Made by a program: the position numbers and the translations under genes. 64,000 bases of DNA from an uncultured Pseudomonadales bacterium (GTDB lineage: Bacteria; Patescibacteriota; Microgenomatia; UBA1400; PJMF01), in contig CAZVBO010000002.1 in the NCBI GenBank assembly GCA_964625685.1, forward strand, positions 55,440 through 119,439, written 5' to 3'. Under the pieces are notes generated by a model. The model searched no databases and was not told where the DNA came from. It was given only the letters and a program-made list of their open reading frames with translations. This document shows, piece by piece, positions 47,195 through 56,845 of the stretch (position 1 is the stretch's first letter; each line of letters begins with the position of its first letter).

Positions 47195-47881
47195 TCAAAT
47201 GAGTCTCCGCTGACTCAGTGACACATATTGCCCCTTAGCAATAATGACATGATCAATCAGTTGGATGCCGAGTAATTTACCCGCTTTTTGAATTTTTTTG
47301 GTAAAAGTAATATCTTCTTCACTCGGTTCTGGATTTCCTGAAGGGTGATTGTGAACCAAAATAATTCCCAAGCAGGGAATCTTTAAAGCATCAGCAAAAA
47401 CATCGCGAGGTTCAATAATAATTTGATTGAGACTTCCAATACTAATTAATTGTTTTTTTAAGAGTTGATGCCGGGCATCCAAGTAGAGACAGTAGAGTTT
47501 TTCCCGATGAGAATCAGTTAAATGGTGAGTTTCTTGAAACACATCTTCTGGAGTTAAAATACTCTTTTGAGTTGAAGGTTGAAAGACCCTTTTACCTAGT
47601 TCAAAAGTAGCTAAAATTTGACCAGCTTTAATGGGGCCAATTCCTTTCAATTTAGTTAAATCTTGAAACGAAGTTCCAGCCAAATCCTTTAAGCTACTAT
47701 AACTCCTGGTCAAACGTTGGGAGAGTTGCAGCACATTTTCTGACTTGGTGCCTGAAGCTAGAATCAACGCCAGTAATTCAGGAGTAGTTAAAGCAGCTAC
47801 TCCATATTCCATCAGTTTTTCTCTTGGTTTTAAAAAATGAGGTAAATGTTTTAAAGAATGATGACTCATATCCATAACCAT
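47195..47881 (-). CDS. radC: RadC-like JAB-domain protein
   Basis: LKPREKLMEYGVAALTTPELLALILASG (HhH part) and the JAMM motif ILVHNHPSGNPEPSEED. The start at 47881 has a GAGGA RBS. The track start 48007 would overlap the divergent gene. Confidence 0.85.
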   Translation of the reverse strand: MVMDMSHHSLKHLPHFLKPREKLMEYGVAALTTPELLALILASGTKSENVLQLSQRLTRSYSSLKDLAGTSFQDLTKLKGIGPIKAGQILATFELGKRVFQPSTQKSILTPEDVFQETHHLTDSHREKLYCLYLDARHQLLKKQLISIGSLNQIIIEPRDVFADALKIPCLGIILVHNHPSGNPEPSEEDITFTKKIQKAGKLLGIQLIDHVIIAKGQYVSLSQRRLI

Positions 47882-47978
47882 ATTCCTCAAAAATGACAAA
47901 TCGATGACAAATATATCTTGATCTTCTGTGCTAAACAGAAGATAATAATTTCTTACATAACTAATTATTTTTTGAACT

Positions 47979-49169
47979 ATGAAAAAATTTCTTCTTTTAT
48001 CAGTCATTGTAAGTGGATTTCTCTGGGTTTCTCCTGCCAGCGCTCAAATGATGCAACAAAATCAATTTCAGGCAGCAGATGAGTCTCACATGATGGTGGA
48101 ATCTGAAGGCAGGGTAGAGGGTCCACATTTCCGATTTGATAGTACCGTTGTCATCTCTGAAAATTTAAGTGGTGATGTGTACGCAGCTGGTGAAAAAGTG
48201 GTCATCAATAGTGATATCGATGGTGATCTAATGGTAGCAGGGAAAGATGTCATTATTAATGGAAATGTATCTCAAGATGTTCGTGCTGCTGGGATGAATG
48301 TAACCATTAATGGCGTGGTAGGCGGAAATGTTTCAGTAGCCGGAGCCACTGTTGATTTTGGACCTCAAAGTCAGGTGATGGGCAGTATGATTGGGGGAAT
48401 GCAGAGTGCACAACTGAATGGTCAGGTTCGTGGTAATGTCTATATGGCAGCTGAAGATTACGATGTAAATGGCGAATTTAATCAGGATGTAATGATGCAC
48501 GCTGGTCGCTTGAATTTAATGAAAGGAGCTCATATTAAAGGAAATCTGACGGCGAAGTTGGAAAGTCCTGAAGCTCAAGTGGTCAACGACCAAGCTCAAA
48601 TTGATGGTCAAAAAGATATTCAAACCTATGTTGCCCCAGAAAGAAATCGAGAGCGTGATCGCCAAGCTTCTCAAGCTTGGACCGGAATCAAAACGTCGGG
48701 ACTCGTGATGAGTTTAATTGTTGGATTCATTACGGCAGCAGTCTTGCTCTATCTTTTCCCTCAAGCTTTTCGTTTGCTATCAAGTGAAGTGCAAACCAAT
48801 ACCATGGGAAGTCTCGGCTGGGGTTTTGCTTATACCATCTTGGCTCCTATTGCCATGATTCTATTGGCAGTAACGTTAGTAGGTTTACCATTGGCTGGTT
48901 TATTATTAGTGACTTACATTCTGAGTTGTGTCTTTGCTCATTGGGTAGTTTCACTCGCAGTAGGTCAAGCTATTTTCAAAAAATATAAATTCAGCTGGCT
49001 AAAGAATCAATATGCCCAATTATTTGGTGGTTTATTGGTATTGGGAGTGATTGGATTAATTCCCGTAGTAGGTTGGTGGGTACAGTTAGTGGTGTTCTTT
49101 ATCGGGATGGGAGCCATTTACCTCACCTTCAAGAACTCCATTCGTAAAAAAGGTGTATCTAAAAAATAA
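47979..49169 (+). CDS. Secreted/membrane protein with a bactofilin-like (polymer-forming, beta-helical) repeat region and a C-terminal polytopic membrane domain
   Basis: Signal peptide MKKFLLLSVIVSGFLWVSPASA. Repeats of the type GDVYAAGEKVVINSDIDGDLMVAGKDVIINGNVSQDVRAAG. Four or more hydrophobic helices at the C-terminus. Confidence 0.55.
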   Translation: MKKFLLLSVIVSGFLWVSPASAQMMQQNQFQAADESHMMVESEGRVEGPHFRFDSTVVISENLSGDVYAAGEKVVINSDIDGDLMVAGKDVIINGNVSQDVRAAGMNVTINGVVGGNVSVAGATVDFGPQSQVMGSMIGGMQSAQLNGQVRGNVYMAAEDYDVNGEFNQDVMMHAGRLNLMKGAHIKGNLTAKLESPEAQVVNDQAQIDGQKDIQTYVAPERNRERDRQASQAWTGIKTSGLVMSLIVGFITAAVLLYLFPQAFRLLSSEVQTNTMGSLGWGFAYTILAPIAMILLAVTLVGLPLAGLLLVTYILSCVFAHWVVSLAVGQAIFKKYKFSWLKNQYAQLFGGLLVLGVIGLIPVVGWWVQLVVFFIGMGAIYLTFKNSIRKKGVSKK

Positions 49170-49214
49170 TTAAAACAGAAAGCTCTATGCCGAAATCTAC
49201 TAATCCGAAAAAAA

Positions 49215-49400
49215 TTGTATCGTCCGCTTAAGGGCAGAAAAATTGGGGGAGTCGCACTCGCTTTTGCTAACTACTTTAATATTGATATTATCCTGGTTCG
49301 TCTGATTTGGCTCTTTTTATTAGTTCCAGGTGGTTTACCAGCATTTATCCCGTATTTGATCTGTTGGGTAGTGATTCCTGATGAGAAGGATGTGCGCTAA
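49215..49400 (+). CDS. PspC-domain membrane protein
   Basis: LYRPLKGRKIGGVALAFANYFNIDIILVRLIWLFL is the PspC N-terminal domain pattern. It has a TTG start and no in-frame ATG upstream. Confidence 0.65.
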   Translation: MYRPLKGRKIGGVALAFANYFNIDIILVRLIWLFLLVPGGLPAFIPYLICWVVIPDEKDVR

Positions 49401-49541
49401 GGCGGTATAATACCTCCCATATGTCACTCTCAATAGCAATAGAGGGGTAGCTAATAGACATGGGATTCCCTTCGAGTTTACTATCAAGCTTCCCAAACCA
49501 AGAAAAGCACGAAAGATAACAAAGAGGGACGAATTAGGTCG

Positions 49542-49581
49542 TATAATATGGACGAAAGCTAAATAGTCGACTTATCTACTT
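49542..49581 (+). promoter_or_regulatory. TATAAT box plus AGTCGACTTATCTACTT motif abutting the 49582 ATG
   Basis: tataat at 49542-49547. The 12-mer acttatctactt at 49570-49581 recurs at 52967-52978 and, reverse-complemented, at 62162-62173. No Shine-Dalgarno sequence is visible. Confidence 0.45.
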
Positions 49582-50334
49582 ATGAATAGGGAAATAATAA
49601 TAAAAAAAATAAAAGCTGTTGGATTTTTCGATTTTACTAATTGGGTTCAAAATAACAAAGAGCTTACAATCGCTCTAATTATTGTTTTTATAATATTTAT
49701 TGATATTTCTAATCTAGACGCTTCTTTTCACAAGGCTTTTTGTTTATCTCTAACAATATTACCAACATCAGTTGTTTGCCCAGATTTTTATGATATTCCT
49801 ATTTGGTCTTTTTTTGAAGTTGCCGGTGTAATAGCGACTGTTGTTGTTGCACTTTGGTCAGTAAATATTGGATTGAAACAAGCGAATAAGCAAGAAAAAA
49901 GTGCACAGGAAATCAAAATGGACCAGGACATGCCAATTATTTTTTTGAATCCTGAACCACAGCCGAAGTTACACAAAAATGGTGAAGTGTGTCTAGAGCT
50001 TATGAATGTTGGTAAGGGGATTGCCAAAGATGTATATGTATATATTGAAGACATTTTGGTTGAAGGAAATTTTTCAATGCTCACCGCCTCACCTGATAAT
50101 TTATCTGAACTAAAGATAAAATTTATTGCTTCTGATTCTTCACCTGAAAGGCAAAAGGCTATAGCACAAAAAATTCAACATTTTTCAGAAAAAAAGGATT
50201 TGCAAATGAAAATTACCTACTCTGACATTCACGGCCGATCATTTGTTACAGATCAAATAATATTTGAAAAAAACCAAGTTGGCGACTACATGCACAACAG
50301 GGGAAAGTGGTCGTTCCGAAAGGTTCAGTCATGA
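49582..50334 (+). CDS. Hypothetical membrane protein (2-3 N-terminal TM helices, beta-rich C-terminal domain)
   Basis: 250-aa ORF with hydrophobic segments LTIALIIVFIIFIDI and FFEVAGVIATVVVALWSV. ATGA-coupled to the next gene. Confidence 0.5.
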   Translation: MNREIIIKKIKAVGFFDFTNWVQNNKELTIALIIVFIIFIDISNLDASFHKAFCLSLTILPTSVVCPDFYDIPIWSFFEVAGVIATVVVALWSVNIGLKQANKQEKSAQEIKMDQDMPIIFLNPEPQPKLHKNGEVCLELMNVGKGIAKDVYVYIEDILVEGNFSMLTASPDNLSELKIKFIASDSSPERQKAIAQKIQHFSEKKDLQMKITYSDIHGRSFVTDQIIFEKNQVGDYMHNRGKWSFRKVQS

Positions 50335-51095
50335 ACACCTTCCTCCAATTAGCAAAACATATTCTTGAACAAGTTGGTCAACCTCTTCATTACAAAGAAA
50401 TCACTCAAAAAGCCATAGAGCAGGGCCTTCAAACAGAAGGGGCAACTCCTTGGGCCACCATGAATGCTCAAATCGCCACTGACATCAAAAAGAACGGTGA
50501 AGATTCACTCTTTTATCGAAGTGAGCCAGGTTTTTATGGTCTCAATCAAGAAGGTGTGCCTAAAGTGGCTGTTTCAGAAGTAAAGGCCAAGATTACCGGT
50601 GCCTTGCATAAAGTCACCTCTGACCTCAACACTAAGCAAAAAGGCGATATTGCCGAAGCCAGAGTGGCAGAACTGATTACTTTGTATGGTGATGAGGGTC
50701 TTTCTTGTTACCGTCCAATTAGTGATGACGAAGGCATAGATATTATTGTCAAAAAAAGAGGTGATCTCGATGTAGCTTATGTTCAGGTCAAATCAACCTT
50801 TGGCAATGGCTCTGATCGTTTTGTGTGCAGTGTCAAAGAGGACAAAATCGTCAACAAAAGAAGAATGCTGATGGTCTTTGTGTACTTTGATTTGACTGAC
50901 GGTGATATTCATGAGCATGTTTTTTGTGTGCCAGCATCTGAATTTTTGAAGCTCACTCACAATGAAAATAAAAAGCCAGGTCATCGAGTTTTTACGGTCA
51001 GCCTCAATAGTCCAGACAAATCAAAATATGCCAAGTATTTGATCGAAAAAAGAGAATTGGCTAATAAAATTCTTGAAATAATGAATGAAACATAA
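50331..51095 (+). CDS. HARE-HTH domain fused to a PD-(D/E)xK-like nuclease domain
   Basis: The N-terminal FLQLAKHILEQVGQPLHYKEITQKAIEQGL..TPWATMNAQIATDIKK....FYRSEPGFYGL fits the HARE-HTH (RpoE-delta N-terminal-like) pattern. The C-terminal E..(n)..DDEGIDIIV..(n)..VQVKS fits a D...(D/E/Q)xK restriction-endonuclease-like core. Confidence 0.55.
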   Translation: MNTFLQLAKHILEQVGQPLHYKEITQKAIEQGLQTEGATPWATMNAQIATDIKKNGEDSLFYRSEPGFYGLNQEGVPKVAVSEVKAKITGALHKVTSDLNTKQKGDIAEARVAELITLYGDEGLSCYRPISDDEGIDIIVKKRGDLDVAYVQVKSTFGNGSDRFVCSVKEDKIVNKRRMLMVFVYFDLTDGDIHEHVFCVPASEFLKLTHNENKKPGHRVFTVSLNSPDKSKYAKYLIEKRELANKILEIMNET

Positions 51096-52608
51096 AGCAC
51101 ACCTAACTGCATCTGATTTATACAACTACATTCAGTGTCCTCATCGTGTATGGCGTGATATATACGGTCCTCAACAAGAAAAACTCAAAGAAACAAATCC
51201 ATTTGTAGAAATGCTCTGGGAAAAGGGTGTTCAGCACGAAAAAGAAGTGTTGGGCAGGATGGGGGAGTTAGTTGATTTGGGAAAAGGGGACCAACAAGAG
51301 CGTATCCAAGCTACCAAAAAGGCGATGGATGATGGCGTGGACTTACTTTATCAGCCAGTAATAGTTCATGAAAATCTTTTAGGTATTCCGGACTTTTTGA
51401 AAAAGTTAGATGACGGCACGTATATGGCCGTTGATGTGAAGAGTGGTAGGGGCTTTGAAGGCACAGATGATGATACTTCTGAAAATGGTCCTAAGCTCAA
51501 AAAACACTACGCTGTTCAGTTGGCTTTATATACAGAAATTTTAGAAAAGAACGGATTTAGCAATGGCCACAGACAGGCAATTATTTATGATATTGAACAC
51601 AAAGAAGTGTTATATGAATTGGACCGCCAAATTGGCGTGCGGGACCAAAGAAGCTATTGGCAATATTACCAGTGGCTCAAAGTTGAAGTTTGGAATTTGA
51701 TCTCAAATCAAAAAAGCAATGACCCTGCAATGGCGGGAATTTGCAAACTTTGTCCGTGGTACAACAGTTGCAGTTCGTGGGTCAAAGCTAACGATGACAC
51801 CACTGGCTTATTCTACGTTGGCAGAAGTGTGAGAGACACTTTGAGAAGTGATATTGGTTTGACAACTATTCACGATGCTCAAAACATTGATGTGAATGAT
51901 CTCATGGCAGAGAAGGCTAAGGACAAGCAGTTTTTACAAAGAATTGGAGAGAAAACACTTGAGAAGATCAAGATTAGAGCTGAGATTATGGCTAATAAAT
52001 TGCCACCAGTTCTTTATGATGAATTAGATCTGCCAGATATGGAATATGAGCTTTTCTTTGATATTGAGGATGATCCAACTCAAGCATTTGTTTATTTGCA
52101 TGGTGTCTACGAAAGAACCTCAAAAGGGGAGCGGTTTATTCCATTTGTGGCTTCAAGCGTGACACCAGAAGCAGAGGCTCAAGCTTGGCAAGAGTTTTGG
52201 AATTATATTCGTTCACTGCCACAGGATGATTTTGCCTTGTATTACTATTCTCACCATGAAGAGACAACTTACAAGAAAATGGCTGATCTCTATCCGCACG
52301 TTGCTACAAGAGAAGATGTTGAGTGGCTATATCAAGATTCAAGAGCGATAGATTTGTACAGGGTCATCAGTAAATCAACTGATTGGCCTGTTGGCAGTTA
52401 TTCTCTCAAGAGTATTGCCAAGTATTTAGGTTTCAGTTGGCGTGACAAGACACCATCAGGGGCACTTTCTATCCAGTGGTATAACGGCTATCTAAAAACA
52501 GGTGATCAGGCTATTTTGGAGCGTATTTTGCTCTATAACGAGGATGATTGTATTGCCACTTTGGTGATCAAAGATGCCTTGATGAAAATGGTCCCAACTA
52601 ATTCTTAG
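51085..52608 (+). CDS. TM0106-type RecB/Cas4-like nuclease fused to an RNase-H-like (YprB-type) exonuclease domain
   Basis: LTASDLYNYIQCPHRVW, DVKSGRG, QLALYTEIL and CKLCPWYNSC form a Cas4-like PD-(D/E)xK core with a 4-Cys cluster. FFDIEDDP, YYYSHHEET and LLYNEDDC form an RNase-H-like DEDD-type pattern. It overlaps the upstream gene by 11 nt. Confidence 0.7.
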   Translation: MKHKAHLTASDLYNYIQCPHRVWRDIYGPQQEKLKETNPFVEMLWEKGVQHEKEVLGRMGELVDLGKGDQQERIQATKKAMDDGVDLLYQPVIVHENLLGIPDFLKKLDDGTYMAVDVKSGRGFEGTDDDTSENGPKLKKHYAVQLALYTEILEKNGFSNGHRQAIIYDIEHKEVLYELDRQIGVRDQRSYWQYYQWLKVEVWNLISNQKSNDPAMAGICKLCPWYNSCSSWVKANDDTTGLFYVGRSVRDTLRSDIGLTTIHDAQNIDVNDLMAEKAKDKQFLQRIGEKTLEKIKIRAEIMANKLPPVLYDELDLPDMEYELFFDIEDDPTQAFVYLHGVYERTSKGERFIPFVASSVTPEAEAQAWQEFWNYIRSLPQDDFALYYYSHHEETTYKKMADLYPHVATREDVEWLYQDSRAIDLYRVISKSTDWPVGSYSLKSIAKYLGFSWRDKTPSGALSIQWYNGYLKTGDQAILERILLYNEDDCIATLVIKDALMKMVPTNS

Positions 52609-52644
52609 CTTGCAACTTTTCTACATTTGTCCCTAATATGAAGC

Positions 52645-52917
52645 ATGAGGTTTTTTGTAAATTCCAAGCTTCTAGGTGATGACCTAAAAATTGAAGAGAT
52701 TGAGTCAGCATCTGCTATTGAGAGCGAAGTAGTTTTTCAGTTTGATGGTAAAAAGATTTTCGGTAGGCTTGATTTTGATCAAAGTTCTTTGCCTAGTTTT
52801 ATTGTATTGAATAGTTGCTCAGGGACTGAAAAATATCCAGTCAATCAGATTGAACAGTTTCAGGTCCTTGATGAAGGAATTGCAGATTACTTTGGTCCAC
52901 CTATCTTTACTCAATAA
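52645..52917 (+). CDS. Small hypothetical protein (90 aa)
   Basis: ORF only. No motif and no clear RBS. Confidence 0.3.
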   Translation: MRFFVNSKLLGDDLKIEEIESASAIESEVVFQFDGKKIFGRLDFDQSSLPSFIVLNSCSGTEKYPVNQIEQFQVLDEGIADYFGPPIFTQ

Positions 52918-52958
52918 AAAGAGATCATTTTGTGCTACGGCTAGGACCACATTTGGTT

Positions 52959-52978
52959 TATAATCTACTTATCTACTT
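52959..52978 (+). promoter_or_regulatory. Putative hsdR promoter: TATAAT immediately followed by the shared CTACTTATCTACTT motif
   Basis: tataat at 52959-52964 and the 12-mer acttatctactt at 52967-52978, 34 nt upstream of the hsdR ATG. Confidence 0.45.
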
Positions 52979-53011
52979 TTAGTAAGAATTCAGTCGAGAG
53001 AACACTGCCTT

Positions 53012-55408
53012 ATGGACAAATCACAACTATCTGAACGAGACATATGTACCAAATTTATTACGCCAGCAGTACAGCAGGCCGGTTGGGACGTTGATTCACA
53101 AATCCGTGAAGAAGTCAGTTTCACAAAGGGTCGCATCATTGTTAGAGATAAGGTGATTGCCAGAGGTAAACCAAAAAGAGCAGATTACATTCTTTACTAT
53201 AAAGAAAATTTTCCAATTGCCTTGATTGAAGCCAAGGACAACAAGCACTCAGTGGGTGATGGCATGCAACAGGGCCTTGAGTATGCTGAAACCTTGGATA
53301 TTCCTTTTGTGTTTAGCTCAAATGGAGATGCTTTCATAGCTCATGACAGAACTGGTATGTCAGCTGATACGGAAAAGCAGATTCGACTAGATGAATTCCC
53401 AAGCCCTCAAGAGCTGTATCAGCGATACTTGCGTTGGAAAAACATTGATATGGTCGAGGAGCAGATTCTGACCACAGACTACTACTATGACGCTCGTGGC
53501 AAATCACCTCGTTATTATCAACAAATTGCCATCAATAGAACTATTGAAGCAGTGGCCAATGATCAAAAGCGAATCATGTTGGTTATGGCCACCGGTACAG
53601 GGAAAACATACACAGCCTTTCAGATTATGTGGCGTTTGTGGAAGTCAGGGGCCAAAAAGAGAATTTTGTTCTTAGCGGACCGCAACATCCTTATTGATCA
53701 AGCAAAGACCAATGATTTCATTCCATTTGGTGACAAAATGACCAAGATCAGTAATCGCCAGATTGATAAGTCATATGAACTCTACCTTTCCTTGTATCAA
53801 GCTGTGACGGGCAATGAGGAAGAAAAGAACATCTACAAACAATTCAGTCCTGATTTCTTTGATTTGATTATTGTGGATGAGTGTCATCGAGGTAGTGCCA
53901 GAGCAGATTCAGCGTGGAGAGAGATTCTTGAATACTTTGACCATGCTACCCAAATCGGTTTGACTGCCACCCCAAAAGAAACAAAAGATGTCTCAAATAT
54001 TGATTACTTTGGTGAGCCGGTTTACACCTATTCACTCAAGCAAGGTATTGAGGATGGCTTTTTGGCACCTTATAAAGTGGTCCGTTACACCATTGATCGT
54101 GATGTTGAAGGCTACCGTCCAGAGCCTCATAAAAGAGATATTTATGGGGAAGAAGTTCCTGATGAGGTGTATTATGGCCATGATTTTGATCGCAAGCTGA
54201 TTATCGATGACCGAACCAAACTGGTAGCTAAGAAAGTAACTGAATACTTAGAAGCTAATGAAGCATTTGCCAAGACAATCGTGTTCTGTATCGACATCGA
54301 ACATGCCGAAAGAATGAGAAGAGCTTTGATCAATGAAAACCAAGAACGCTACCAAGAGAACTCTAAATACATCATGCGAATTACTGGTGACAATGAGCAG
54401 GGAAAAGCAGAATTAGACGGTTTTATTGATCCTGAGAGCAAATATCCAGTCATTGTGACTACTTCTAAGTTATTGACCACAGGTGTTGATGCTCAAACTT
54501 GTAAGTTAGTGGTCCTTGATGCTCCGATCAAATCAATGACCGAGTTCAAACAAATTGTAGGACGTGGTACGAGACTTCGTGAGGATCATGACAAGTTCTA
54601 CTTCACAATTATGGATTTCCGTAATGCTACGGATAACTTTGCAGATCCTGATTTTGATGGCGAGCCAGTGCAAATTTATGAACCAGTTTTGCCAGCAAAA
54701 ATTGAAGGGGTCCAACCCGTCAAAACACAGTCTGTTTCAACCGATGAACTAGATATTTCAGAAGTTTTGTATGATCCACAGCGTGTTGATGCCATGACAC
54801 TGAGAGATTCAGCCGGTGAAGTGGGGTATCGAACTGGTGGAGTTCACAAATACCACCTCAATGATGTAGAAGTGATGGTCTCAAGTGAGAAAATTCAATT
54901 TTATGATGAGGGTGGCAAACTTGTTTCAGAGTCACTGGAAGAGTATTCAGCCAAAAACTTGAAGAGGCTCTATCCTGAGCTAGCCGATTTCCAACGAGCT
55001 TGGGCGGAAGCTGAAAACAAAACGGTCTTGATTCACAGTTTAGTTGAGAATGGCTTTTTTATTGATGAGCTTCTAGAAAAAGTTGATCCCGCATTAGATA
55101 TTTTTGATTTGGTTCTGAGCGTTGCGTATAAGCAAGAAGCAAGCATGACTCGGTCCCAAAGAGCTCAGCAAGTACGAGGAAGTGAATTTTTCAATCAATA
55201 TCAAGATACACAAAAAGAGCTATTGCTTGATCTTTTGAGTGTGTATGAACAAGAAGGTATTGTGGCAATTGAGGACGTTGAATTGCTTAGGGTTGAACCA
55301 TTCACCAAGTATGGATCACCGGTTGAGATACTTGGGACCATTTTTTCTGGAAGAAATGAATATTTATTAGCATTAGCAGATATGAAGAAGCACTTATACA
55401 AAGGTTAG
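53012..55408 (+). CDS. hsdR: Type I restriction enzyme, R subunit
   Basis: N-terminal nuclease motif (RADYILY ... ALIEAKD) and SF2 helicase motifs MATGTGKT, VDECHRG, LTATP and QIVGRGTR. Confidence 0.92.
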   Translation: MDKSQLSERDICTKFITPAVQQAGWDVDSQIREEVSFTKGRIIVRDKVIARGKPKRADYILYYKENFPIALIEAKDNKHSVGDGMQQGLEYAETLDIPFVFSSNGDAFIAHDRTGMSADTEKQIRLDEFPSPQELYQRYLRWKNIDMVEEQILTTDYYYDARGKSPRYYQQIAINRTIEAVANDQKRIMLVMATGTGKTYTAFQIMWRLWKSGAKKRILFLADRNILIDQAKTNDFIPFGDKMTKISNRQIDKSYELYLSLYQAVTGNEEEKNIYKQFSPDFFDLIIVDECHRGSARADSAWREILEYFDHATQIGLTATPKETKDVSNIDYFGEPVYTYSLKQGIEDGFLAPYKVVRYTIDRDVEGYRPEPHKRDIYGEEVPDEVYYGHDFDRKLIIDDRTKLVAKKVTEYLEANEAFAKTIVFCIDIEHAERMRRALINENQERYQENSKYIMRITGDNEQGKAELDGFIDPESKYPVIVTTSKLLTTGVDAQTCKLVVLDAPIKSMTEFKQIVGRGTRLREDHDKFYFTIMDFRNATDNFADPDFDGEPVQIYEPVLPAKIEGVQPVKTQSVSTDELDISEVLYDPQRVDAMTLRDSAGEVGYRTGGVHKYHLNDVEVMVSSEKIQFYDEGGKLVSESLEEYSAKNLKRLYPELADFQRAWAEAENKTVLIHSLVENGFFIDELLEKVDPALDIFDLVLSVAYKQEASMTRSQRAQQVRGSEFFNQYQDTQKELLLDLLSVYEQEGIVAIEDVELLRVEPFTKYGSPVEILGTIFSGRNEYLLALADMKKHLYKG

Positions 55409-55411
55409 ATT

Positions 55412-56845
55412 ATGGCACTTTCAACAAAGATCAAAACGATTCAAAACATCATGCGTCAAGACAGTGGTGTCGATGGTGATGCTCAGAGAATTTCGCAATT
55501 AGGCTGGTTGATATTCCTCAAGATTTTTGACGATCGTGAGCGAGAGCTTGAGATCATGAAAGGGGATTATGAATCACCAATGCCAGAAGAGTTGAGATGG
55601 CGAAATTGGGCATTGGACGAAGAAGGTATTACTGGTGATGAGTTATTGAACTTTGTAAACAATGACCTTTTCCCTAAGTTGAAGAACCTTGAAGTCAAAT
55701 CTACCGATGATAAAAAGGCACTTATTTTACGGTCCGTGTTTGAAGATGCTTTCAACTACATGAAGTCAGGGACCTTACTTCGTCAGGTAATCAACGAGCT
55801 GAATGATATTGACTTTGCTAGTTCAAATGACAGACATGTATTCAATGATGTGTATGAAAAAATCCTCAAGGACTTGCAGAGTGCCGGAAATGCCGGTGAG
55901 TTTTACACCCCTCGTGCAGTTACTCAATTTATTGTGGACATGGTGGATCCAAAGCTTGGCGAAAAAGTATTTGACCCCGCTTGTGGTACCGGTGGTTTTT
56001 TGACATCGGTAATTGAGCATGTTCGCAAGAATGAAGTCAAAACGGGTGAAGACAACGAAGCTTTGGCAAATTCAATATATGCAGTAGAAAAGAAACCACT
56101 GCCTCATTTGCTTTGTACAACCAATATGATTCTTCATGGTATTGATGATCCAAGCAATATTGTCAGAGGTAATTCATTGGTTCGTCCTTTGCGTGATTAC
56201 ACCGAAGATGATAGGGTCCATGTGATCGTGACTAATCCACCGTTTGGTGGGACCGAAGAAGATGGAATTGAACTTGGCTTTCCAAAGAAGTTCCAAACAA
56301 GGGAAACTGCTGATTTGTTTTTGGTCCTGATTATTCATTTACTCAAAGAGAATGGTCGAGTGGGTATAGTTTTGCCAGATGGTTCTTTATCTGGTGAAGG
56401 TGTCAAACAGAGAATCAGAGAGCATTTGCTCAATAAATGTAATTTACACACGATTATTCGTTTGCCAAACAGCGTCTTCAAGCCATATGCCACTGTTAGT
56501 ACTAATTTATTGTTTTTCTCAAAGGGTGAGCCAACCAAAGAAGTTTGGTATTACGAGCACCAACTTCCAGACGGATACAAAAGCTATTCAAAGACAAAAC
56601 CAATTCAACTAAGTGAATTTGATGTTATCAAAAAATGGTGGAGCAACAGAGAAGAAGGTCCTTTTTCATGGAAGGTTGGCATCAAAGATATTGAAGAAAA
56701 AGGTTTCAACTTAGATATCAAGAATCCAAATATCAAACGAAAGAAAATTGAACAATCACCAGAAGAAATCATTTCAGAGATTCGAGAGAATCAGAGTCAA
56801 ATTGATCAATTGTTGAGTGAGATTGAGGAACTAATCAAATCATGA
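55412..56845 (+). CDS. hsdM: Type I restriction-modification system, M subunit (N6-adenine methyltransferase)
   Basis: HsdM N-terminal domain (IMRQDSGVDGDAQRISQLGWLIFLKIFDD), motif I DPACGTGGFL and motif IV VTNPPFGG. Confidence 0.93.
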   Translation: MALSTKIKTIQNIMRQDSGVDGDAQRISQLGWLIFLKIFDDRERELEIMKGDYESPMPEELRWRNWALDEEGITGDELLNFVNNDLFPKLKNLEVKSTDDKKALILRSVFEDAFNYMKSGTLLRQVINELNDIDFASSNDRHVFNDVYEKILKDLQSAGNAGEFYTPRAVTQFIVDMVDPKLGEKVFDPACGTGGFLTSVIEHVRKNEVKTGEDNEALANSIYAVEKKPLPHLLCTTNMILHGIDDPSNIVRGNSLVRPLRDYTEDDRVHVIVTNPPFGGTEEDGIELGFPKKFQTRETADLFLVLIIHLLKENGRVGIVLPDGSLSGEGVKQRIREHLLNKCNLHTIIRLPNSVFKPYATVSTNLLFFSKGEPTKEVWYYEHQLPDGYKSYSKTKPIQLSEFDVIKKWWSNREEGPFSWKVGIKDIEEKGFNLDIKNPNIKRKKIEQSPEEIISEIRENQSQIDQLLSEIEELIKS

